From: a virus
Taxonomy: Duplodnaviria > Heunggongvirae > Uroviricota > Caudoviricetes
DNA: 16,503 bases
IMG/VR virus record: IMGVR_UViG_3300028832_000119
Span: 72,924 to 89,426 of that record
Reading direction: 5' to 3' (one strand)
The notes under the pieces are model-generated. The model was not told the DNA's origin. It ran no database searches and was given only the letters and a program-made list of their open reading frames with translations. Positions 7,620 to 14,796 of this stretch are shown one piece after another (position 1 is the first letter of the stretch; each line of letters starts with the position of its first letter). The translations under genes and the position numbers were made by a program.

Positions 7620-8638
7620 CTGTTGATTATGAATTAATTAAACAAATTAAAATAACTCCACTATTAGATACTCTTAGACTAGAAAATATTAGTGATGAAG
7701 AGTATTTTTCTGAATATAAAAATGACTATATCAGTAACTCTAGATTAGGAGTTCTTGTAAAAGATGGTGTAGAAGCTTTCTTTAAAGGAATTCCTCAAGT
7801 TTATAATCCGAGTTTTGAAACAGGTTCTCTTATTCATACTATGGTATTACAACCAGAGTCTTATGAAGTAATTAAGGGAGTATTTAAACCAACAGCTAAG
7901 GCAGGTTTAATGGCTGACGCTTTATATAAATCTGATGGAACAACCCCAACAGATGATGAAATTAAAGCACAATCCTATATTATAGGATATTATAAGGATA
8001 AGCTTACTGAAAATAGACTTACTGAATTTAGACAAAAAGCAGAACCTTATTGGAGAGATAGATTTTTATATGAGACAAATAATCCTTTTAAAGAGGGTGA
8101 TAAGAAACGTATATATACTGATGAAAGGAATTTTGAGTTATTAAATAACTGTATGGATGCTTTAAATAAAAATAAAGCTATTCAAGACCTTCTTCATCCA
8201 GATGATAGTTTTGGCCCAGTAATGGTAATGAATGAACATACACTTCTTATGGACATTCAGATGGAAGTTCCAGGATATGAACCTAGAATTTATAAACTTA
8301 AAGCTAAGCTGGATAATTTTACCTTTGAGGATGATATAATTACAGTTAATGACTTAAAGACTACAAGTAAACCAGCTAGTATATTTGACCCGGAGTATTT
8401 CCACTATCAAAGAGAAATAGCTTTCTATAGTTTCTTATTAAAGTTGTTTATAAAGAAAGAACATGGAATAGAAAACCCTAAGGTTAAAGGAAACTTCTTA
8501 GTAGTTTCAACTATTCCAGAATATTCCACTTCTGTTGTAGCAATGACTCCAAAATTATTTAAGAGTGGCTGGACAGAAGCTGTTTATTTGTTACGTAATG
8601 TAGCATATTTTAATCAAGTTAAAGGCTATGACTTTTAA
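7616..8638 (+). CDS. PD-(D/E)XK exonuclease, RecE/ExoVIII (DUF3799)-like
   Basis: ISNSRL, GSLIHTMVLQPE, KAKLDNF, NDLKTT, YQREIAFY motifs; 340 aa. Confidence 0.8.
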   Translation: MTVDYELIKQIKITPLLDTLRLENISDEEYFSEYKNDYISNSRLGVLVKDGVEAFFKGIPQVYNPSFETGSLIHTMVLQPESYEVIKGVFKPTAKAGLMADALYKSDGTTPTDDEIKAQSYIIGYYKDKLTENRLTEFRQKAEPYWRDRFLYETNNPFKEGDKKRIYTDERNFELLNNCMDALNKNKAIQDLLHPDDSFGPVMVMNEHTLLMDIQMEVPGYEPRIYKLKAKLDNFTFEDDIITVNDLKTTSKPASIFDPEYFHYQREIAFYSFLLKLFIKKEHGIENPKVKGNFLVVSTIPEYSTSVVAMTPKLFKSGWTEAVYLLRNVAYFNQVKGYDF

Positions 8639-8972
8639 AGAACTTGATAAATTTTATACTGATAATTTTAGTATAGGACATTTAAATGCAAATCCAAGTA
8701 CAAGAACTCCTTTTGAAAATAGATTAGTGCTTATTTCTTTGATTTGTCATGTTACATATAGAACAAAACTTAAAAATCCTGATGTAACACACTATCATAT
8801 TATAATGAAATTATCTGAGAACTTAGGTTTACCAGAGAATTTCATTTGGGCATTAGCTATTATTTGTAAAGATTTTAGTTATCAGTGTACCGAATTTCCC
8901 ACTTTTGGGTTAAAAGGACAAGATATTGTTAAAGAAATTCGTGGAATTTTAAAAACATATCTTCCGTTTTGA
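8628..8972 (+). CDS. Hypothetical protein (114 aa)
   Basis: Overlaps exonuclease stop; TGA stop. Confidence 0.75.
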   Translation: MTFKELDKFYTDNFSIGHLNANPSTRTPFENRLVLISLICHVTYRTKLKNPDVTHYHIIMKLSENLGLPENFIWALAIICKDFSYQCTEFPTFGLKGQDIVKEIRGILKTYLPF

Positions 8973-8986
8973 TTATAAAGAGAAAG

Positions 8987-9114
8987 TGTTAAAATCTGTA
9001 TTTTAACATTTGTTAACTATGATTATCATAAATCTGTGATAATTTTAATATGTTCTTCTTCGGAAGAAAAGATGTTTCCATATTTAGTAGATAGTTGATG
9101 ACGGATTTATCCGT
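8987..9114 (+). promoter_or_regulatory. Structured intergenic leader: four hairpins (one cUUCGg) and AGTAGATAGTTG motif
   Basis: Stems 8987-9008, 9022-9043, 9053-9068 (TTCTTC-TTCG-GAAGAA), 9101-9114; motif at 9086-9097; longest gap in the window. Confidence 0.6.
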
Positions 9115-9144
9115 ATGAATTGATGTATAAATTATAAAACTATT

Positions 9145-9684
9145 ATGGAAAATGTATTTTTCACAAAATTTGAGACTATTGGTTTGACCAAAGATGAAGC
9201 AATTAAGAACGCAGCTCCCCTGAACCTTCGTGTTGATGCAACTCAGGCTTATAAGAAATGGGCTAAGGAGAACGTTACTAACGAAGATAATGTTAAGGAG
9301 TGGATGGTTGATTATCTGAAGAAAAAGAAGTTTAATATGCCTAATGATGGTGCATATATCGTTCTTCAGTCAGCTGTTCTGGACTCAAGAGAGCGTCCTT
9401 ACAAGGTAGAGAAGCCTAAGTATGAAGCTCGTACCCATACTCCTGTAAGAGTTTATGTAGGTCGTGCTCAAGATACTAACGAGGAAATCTTCACTGAGAA
9501 GACTTCTAAGGCTGCTGAACAAGCTGCTAAGGAGTGGGTAATCGAGAACCACGTTGGTGTAGACTTGGTTATTGAAACTCGTATGAAGGAAAAGAACTCT
9601 TTGTACGCAAAGGTTAATTATGTTCCTTCAAAGGGTACTCAGTCTTGCAAACTGTTGGTATTTGGTTATAAAGTAATGGATTAA
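9145..9684 (+). CDS. Hypothetical protein, probably highly expressed (179 aa)
   Basis: AAG/GAG/CGT/CTG-rich codons, own leader and terminator. The DATQAYKKW and D(S/T)RERPYK segments resemble a conserved crAss-like protein from recall (unverified). Confidence 0.85.
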   Translation: MENVFFTKFETIGLTKDEAIKNAAPLNLRVDATQAYKKWAKENVTNEDNVKEWMVDYLKKKKFNMPNDGAYIVLQSAVLDSRERPYKVEKPKYEARTHTPVRVYVGRAQDTNEEIFTEKTSKAAEQAAKEWVIENHVGVDLVIETRMKEKNSLYAKVNYVPSKGTQSCKLLVFGYKVMD

Positions 9685-9711
9685 TCTCAGATTTTGTAAA
9701 CTCTTTATAAT

Positions 9712-9749
9712 ATAGCCGATTAGACTTAGTTCTAGTCGGCTATTTTTTT
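9712..9749 (+). terminator. Rho-independent terminator
   Basis: ATAGCCGATTAGA-CTTAGT-TCTAGTCGGCTAT, 13-bp stem with one G-U pair, followed by a T-run. Confidence 0.9.
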
Positions 9750-9776
9750 ATCTAAACTTAAATAAAGCATTGAAAA

Positions 9777-11285
9777 ATGAATAAAATTAGTGAAAAGAAA
9801 ATTAATGAAATAATTGAAGATTTAAACAACTATCAAACCTTGGACAATGAAAAACACAAAGCGGGCTATTATTATATGGCATATCAAAATGTGGTAAATT
9901 CTGATTTTCCTGATGAACTTAAAAATAAATTTATTGAAGCCTATAATAGTTGTAAGAAAAAGAAATCTAAAAAAGAAGAGGTAGAAACTGATGATAGAGC
10001 TATTACCAATTTTATTAGAGATGAAAAGGGTTTAATTCAGTATTATACTTTTGAAATCTTTAGAAAGAATAATCTAACGTTCTATGGTAAATTGGATAGA
10101 AGAGATATGGAAACTATCTATCGTCTTTATTCAATTTATGGTGCAAATCTTACTCAAAAAATAGTTTCTAGAGAATTTCCTCAATATACTTTTGTAGAAT
10201 TTAAAAGAATTCTTAGAGCATTTAATATCTTTAAAGCTAATTCAGAATTTGCTCCACATATTGTAGAGGAACGTTCTGAAGAAGAATTAGTTAATCTTCA
10301 TAATCAAAATAAAGAGAATAATGTTCTTAGAAAGATTGAGAAAGACCAACTTTCTGAAGCTAATAAACTTATTAATAAGTTAGCTCAAGAGAATCAAAAA
10401 CTTTCTAAGAGTACAGCATTATTTGAGACTCTTCTCCAGTATGATTCTGAATTCAAAAACGAGAAACCTGAATTAGATAAAGAAGCTACAAGTGTTGAAA
10501 CTTTAATTATTTGGTTGTCTGATTTACATATTGGAGCATATAATGAAAAGTTTGGATTCTATGAACTCCCTAGTTATGACAGAAAAGAAATTAAGAGGAG
10601 ATTAGATAAGATTATTGGAACATTTGTAGGAAAATCTTATCATAATGTTCTTATTGCTGATTTAGGAGATTCTGTTGATCAATATAATAAAGAAACTACT
10701 AGAGGAGGACATTTACTTCCCAATAATATGACTGATAAAGAAATGAGTCATCTTTATTTGGATTGTATGGAATATTTCTTTAATAATATTGCTGAAGCTA
10801 TTCAAGCTAATAGTTATTCTTATTTTAGTGTAGGAGAGAGTAATCATAGTGGTAATTTTGGTTGGGCATTAAATCTGGCTTTATCTTATAAATTACAGCA
10901 ACGTGGTTGGAAAACTTATGTAAGTGATCTTCCTATTGATGTCTTTGCTATCAATAAATATAAATTTATTTGTACTCATGGTAAAGATAATTATAATCAA
11001 TCAAAACAATTCCCTCTTACTTTAAATCCTCAAACTGAACTTTATTTCGCTAATTATATTGCAGAAAATAAATTAAATCCTGATGGCACTAATAAAATTT
11101 ATGTAATTAAGGGGGATTTACATCAATATGCTTATACTTCTGGAAAGCAATTTGATTATGTTTCTGTTGGTAGTATGTATGCAACTAGCAACTATATTGC
11201 AGCAAACTGGGGAAACACTCCTTGGAGCATAAATTATACCCATATTAGTGGTAACAATGTACTATTTGGTAAAATAGGAGACTAA
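9777..11285 (+). CDS. Calcineurin-like metallophosphoesterase with long N-terminal helical/coiled-coil region (502 aa)
   Basis: Motifs LSDLHIG, LGDSVD, GESNH, THG, GDLH in canonical order in the C-terminal half. Confidence 0.85.
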   Translation: MNKISEKKINEIIEDLNNYQTLDNEKHKAGYYYMAYQNVVNSDFPDELKNKFIEAYNSCKKKKSKKEEVETDDRAITNFIRDEKGLIQYYTFEIFRKNNLTFYGKLDRRDMETIYRLYSIYGANLTQKIVSREFPQYTFVEFKRILRAFNIFKANSEFAPHIVEERSEEELVNLHNQNKENNVLRKIEKDQLSEANKLINKLAQENQKLSKSTALFETLLQYDSEFKNEKPELDKEATSVETLIIWLSDLHIGAYNEKFGFYELPSYDRKEIKRRLDKIIGTFVGKSYHNVLIADLGDSVDQYNKETTRGGHLLPNNMTDKEMSHLYLDCMEYFFNNIAEAIQANSYSYFSVGESNHSGNFGWALNLALSYKLQQRGWKTYVSDLPIDVFAINKYKFICTHGKDNYNQSKQFPLTLNPQTELYFANYIAENKLNPDGTNKIYVIKGDLHQYAYTSGKQFDYVSVGSMYATSNYIAANWGNTPWSINYTHISGNNVLFGKIGD

Positions 11286-11289
11286 AATT

Positions 11290-11721
11290 ATGACTAAGTA
11301 TCAAGAATTTTTAAATGGAATTAATGTTATTCCAGAAGATTTATTTTATGAAGTATTAGATAGTCTTCCAGAATATGATTCTGATAAGGCAGATTTTCTT
11401 AATGTTTATGATTATAATTCTCAAGATGAAATTGCTGCAGAAATTATTGCAACAATCTTACTTAATTGGTCCTGTGTCACTTGTGAAGATGTAGATTTTG
11501 AAAGAAAAACATTTACTTTAGTTGATGGTTCTAGTTTAGAAGATTTAGAAGAAATTAAAGAAACCTTTTCTAAATGGACTATTAATAATTATGAAGAATG
11601 TAAAGAATGGTTTCTTAGTGAAGAAACAAACAAAGAAAAAGATGTATTTATTCATAATTATGATTTTAGCAATGTTCCTTTAAAAGATTTAAAGGAATTT
11701 TTGAAAAAGTATGAAAACTAG
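11290..11721 (+). CDS. Hypothetical acidic protein (143 aa; 145 aa to TGA 11727 if TAG is read through)
   Basis: Only gene in the window ending in TAG; TAG AGA TGA follows. Confidence 0.75.
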   Translation: MTKYQEFLNGINVIPEDLFYEVLDSLPEYDSDKADFLNVYDYNSQDEIAAEIIATILLNWSCVTCEDVDFERKTFTLVDGSSLEDLEEIKETFSKWTINNYEECKEWFLSEETNKEKDVFIHNYDFSNVPLKDLKEFLKKYEN

Positions 11722-12382
11722 AGATGAAGTTCTTTCACAAGCTGCAGAAGATTGTTTGAAAGACTTTTATAAATATGCTGTTCCTAAAGTTTCTTGGGAA
11801 GATTTTTTAAAAGAAAATCAAGAATATACCAAAAAATATAAAGAATGGGAAGAGCTAGAAAATAGGCCTCCAATTAAAGAATTTTGTGGTCCAAGACCAT
11901 ATGAATTTTATTATCTTCCTTCTGACATAATTAAAGACATTGCTCTTTCTTATGTTCATTCTTATAGAATGGATCATCAACAAGAACTTCTTGATACTAT
12001 AGAAATTCTTAAGAATTATTGTAAAGATCCTATTGTTGATAAATATATTGAAGGAGAAAACGGATTTCCTGGTCATAGGGGATATGAGCATCCTAATAAC
12101 TTAGAAAAAGAACTTATTGATATTTGTGATCAACATTCACATGAGCCAGTAAATATGGCTAAAGAAATTCAGAGTAAGTTCTTTGAATTTCTTGATATGG
12201 CAGGAAATTTCTATAATTGGAATAGAGATTTAAATTCTTTTAATATGACTGTTTATTTAGGACCTAGTCCTAATTCTAACAAACAAGCAGTCATAGATAA
12301 CTGGAAACAATATCGAAATAAAGATATTAAAATTAATGAAAAACAAATTAAAGAAGACTATTATGGAGAAGAATTGGATTGA
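11711..12382 (+). CDS. Hypothetical protein (223 aa)
   Basis: Long ORF overlapping both neighbours. Confidence 0.8.
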   Translation: MKTRDEVLSQAAEDCLKDFYKYAVPKVSWEDFLKENQEYTKKYKEWEELENRPPIKEFCGPRPYEFYYLPSDIIKDIALSYVHSYRMDHQQELLDTIEILKNYCKDPIVDKYIEGENGFPGHRGYEHPNNLEKELIDICDQHSHEPVNMAKEIQSKFFEFLDMAGNFYNWNRDLNSFNMTVYLGPSPNSNKQAVIDNWKQYRNKDIKINEKQIKEDYYGEELD

Positions 12383-12728
12383 AAAAATCAAAGAATTTAT
12401 TCGTAAAGCTATGAATGAAGGTCTTAGAATAAGGGCTTATCATACTTTAATGGGAGATGATAGTAGAGATTATTATGAAATTAGGGTTTTTAAAGAAAGT
12501 TCTGTAGTAGAATTTACAGTAGAACCAACAAATCTTTGTTTAGATACTTCAAAAGGAACGGCTTGTTTTGATTTATCTCTTAGTAAAAGAGATTTATTGG
12601 AATTGGATGCAATGATTCTTTCTATTGAAGAATATAATGAGGATATGGCTCTTTCTGATTTTAATAATTTCTTTAGTGAAGATGAAGATAAGCCAAAAAG
12701 TATTGATAACTTAGACGACGACGAGTAA
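12363..12728 (+). CDS. Hypothetical protein with acidic tail
   Basis: Start placed at ATG 12363 (MEKNWIEK, context CTATTATG) instead of 12336 to shorten the overlap. Confidence 0.7.
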   Translation: MEKNWIEKIKEFIRKAMNEGLRIRAYHTLMGDDSRDYYEIRVFKESSVVEFTVEPTNLCLDTSKGTACFDLSLSKRDLLELDAMILSIEEYNEDMALSDFNNFFSEDEDKPKSIDNLDDDE

Positions 12729-13516
12729 TGGCAGAAATTCAATTAAATGAGTTGCTTGCAGGAAGAGCCACCCGAATTAAAAATAGGGATTATTTTCAGA
12801 CTGCAGCATATGTAGAACCTTTTCTGGATAGAGTTCAGAAAATTTCTAAAGAAATTAGAGTGCAGGTACAACTTCCTACTCAAATAACTTATACAGCTAA
12901 TGGAGACATTAATACTGAAGATATTACTTATAATAGAGTATTGATTGAAGCTATTCTTCCAGATGAGTATAAGTTTAATGATGATCCACATAGAGCTGTT
13001 TTAGGAATGGTTTATGGAATTGATGTTCGTAAGCCAGTAGTCAAATTCTTTAAAGGACAGGAAAGAATGTCTTGTACTAATCTTTGTGTATTTAGCCCTC
13101 AACTACTTTCTTGTCAGGATTTAGAACCTGAAACACAAATTGATTTCAAACCACTTGAACGTATTATCGAGCAAACTGATGATACTGCAACTTGGTTAAA
13201 GAAATTAATTGAAACAGAATTTGATTGTTCTGAACATAATGTAAATGAATCTCTTGGAAGATGGATTAGAAATTGTATTAACTATAGTTTTAACAATCAT
13301 TATCAACCAGTAAAAATTGCCTGTTCTACTCCTATTGATGCTTATAAATCATTATTTGAAAAAGAAGATGATGATTATTATATTGGATTAAATGGAAATA
13401 CAAGTATGTATCAAATATATAATGCATTTACTCAAGTACTTACTGATGGTATGAAAAAGGATCCATTTAATATATTTGAGAAAACTTTGTTGATTAAGGA
13501 TATTCTTGATTTATAA
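12728..13516 (+). CDS. DUF932-like phage protein (262 aa)
   Basis: GQERMSCTNLCVF resembles the G..R.vC.N signature of DUF932; TAATG overlaps. Confidence 0.55.
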   Translation: MAEIQLNELLAGRATRIKNRDYFQTAAYVEPFLDRVQKISKEIRVQVQLPTQITYTANGDINTEDITYNRVLIEAILPDEYKFNDDPHRAVLGMVYGIDVRKPVVKFFKGQERMSCTNLCVFSPQLLSCQDLEPETQIDFKPLERIIEQTDDTATWLKKLIETEFDCSEHNVNESLGRWIRNCINYSFNNHYQPVKIACSTPIDAYKSLFEKEDDDYYIGLNGNTSMYQIYNAFTQVLTDGMKKDPFNIFEKTLLIKDILDL

Positions 13517-13677
13517 TGGATTTAGTTGAAATATATAAGGATTTTTTTATAAATCCATCACATATAATAAATTTATATGTTAAAGATGGGGAGTGTCACT
13601 TAGAAACTACAAAACATCTTTATAAAATCCCAGAAGAATATTTTAATAAAATTATAGAACATAGTAGTTTAATATGA
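13516..13677 (+). CDS. Hypothetical protein (53 aa, MDLVEIYKDFFINPSHIINLYVKDGECHLETTKHLYKIPEEYFNKIIEHSSLI), not in ORF track
   Basis: TAATG overlap upstream and ATGA overlap downstream. Confidence 0.75.
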   Translation: MDLVEIYKDFFINPSHIINLYVKDGECHLETTKHLYKIPEEYFNKIIEHSSLI

Positions 13678-13898
13678 ATAGAAAATTATATAATACAGCA
13701 ATAGTTGAAAAACTAAAAGAACTTATTAATAAGTATCCAGATTTAAGATTTGGACAAATTCTTGTTGATGCTGATATTATAAAAATAGTTCATTGTAATG
13801 ATAAACCATTTGCTAAAGATCCTTATTATGAAGAACCTGAAGTAATGTGGGAAAGAATGAAAAATAATAAGTTTGCATTTAAAGAATTATTTAATTAA
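13674..13898 (+). CDS. Hypothetical protein with YPDLRFGQ motif (74 aa)
   Basis: Motif recalled from small phage proteins; ATGA overlap. Confidence 0.7.
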   Translation: MNRKLYNTAIVEKLKELINKYPDLRFGQILVDADIIKIVHCNDKPFAKDPYYEEPEVMWERMKNNKFAFKELFN

Positions 13899-13899
13899 T

Positions 13900-14727
13900 A
13901 TGAAATTATATAAGAATCCTGTATTAGGTGCAATTGCTGGAGATATGATTGGGGTGCCTTATGAATGGTATTGTAAAAAAGGACTTCGAATTCCAGAAGA
14001 TTTTGAACTTTGGACTAAAGATTCTCATTTCTCTGATGATACTGTAATGACTATTGCTGTAGCTGAATGGTTACTTTATCCTCCATATAATACTTATAAT
14101 TTAACAAGTATTATGCAAAAATGGGGAAGAAAATATCGTAGAGCTGGATATGGTCATTTATTTGGAGAATGGATTGATTCTGATGATCCAAAACCTTATG
14201 GTAGTTTTGGTAATGGTTCAGCTATGAGAGTATCTCCAGTAGGTTGTGCTTTTAATACATATGAAACCACTAGAGCTATTGCAGAGGAATCTGCTTCTGT
14301 TAGTCATAATCATCCTGAAGGAATTAAAGGAGCACAATGTATTGCAGAAATGATTGCCAGTATTAGATTTATAGGAGAAAATTGTACAAGTTGTTTAAAT
14401 ATTGCAGAAAAATATTATGGCAAAGATTCTTTGAAAAAATCTCCAAAAGAAATAATTAAATCTGGTTATAAATTTGATTCAACTTGTCAAGGTAGTGTTC
14501 CAGAAGCTATTTGTTGCTTTGCATATAGTAATTCATATGAAGAAACTATAAGAAATGCAATTATGCTTCGTGGTGATGCTGATACTCAAGCAGCTATAGC
14601 TGGTTCAATTGCAGCAGCATATTGGGGAGTTCCTCAAGGTATTCGTGATGAATGCATAGAAAGACTTCCAGATGATATGTATGATGTTCTAGAAGATTTC
14701 TCTGAAAAGTTCGGTTTAGAGCTTTAA
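13900..14727 (+). CDS. ADP-ribosylglycohydrolase (DraG/ARH family)
   Basis: GAIAGDMIG, SDDT, SFGNGSAMR, SHNHP and GDADT metal-binding motifs; start placed at ATG 13900. Confidence 0.92.
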   Translation: MKLYKNPVLGAIAGDMIGVPYEWYCKKGLRIPEDFELWTKDSHFSDDTVMTIAVAEWLLYPPYNTYNLTSIMQKWGRKYRRAGYGHLFGEWIDSDDPKPYGSFGNGSAMRVSPVGCAFNTYETTRAIAEESASVSHNHPEGIKGAQCIAEMIASIRFIGENCTSCLNIAEKYYGKDSLKKSPKEIIKSGYKFDSTCQGSVPEAICCFAYSNSYEETIRNAIMLRGDADTQAAIAGSIAAAYWGVPQGIRDECIERLPDDMYDVLEDFSEKFGLEL

Positions 14728-14738
14728 ATAATATTTTG

Positions 14739-14785
14739 ATTAAAGAGTTATTGGAAATAGATTTAAAGTCTAATAACTCTTTAAT
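14739..14785 (+). promoter_or_regulatory. Long hairpin directly upstream of nrdD (terminator or leader structure)
   Basis: ATTAAAGAGTTATT (14739-14752) and AATAACTCTTTAAT (14772-14785) form a perfect 14-bp inverted repeat ending 11 nt before the ATG. Confidence 0.6.
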
Positions 14786-14796
14786 TTTAAAATTTT

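Noticed and set aside
9009-9036. TTTG...TAAATCTG as a Bacteroidota sigma-A promoter
   Set aside because: One mismatch to TAnnTTTG and a 16-nt spacer, shorter than usual; not supportable without TSS data
11855-12991. Minus-strand ORFs 11855-12091, 12473-12742 and 12743-12991
   Set aside because: Antisense shadows of plus-strand genes with F/I/S-rich composition typical of non-coding frames in AT-rich DNA
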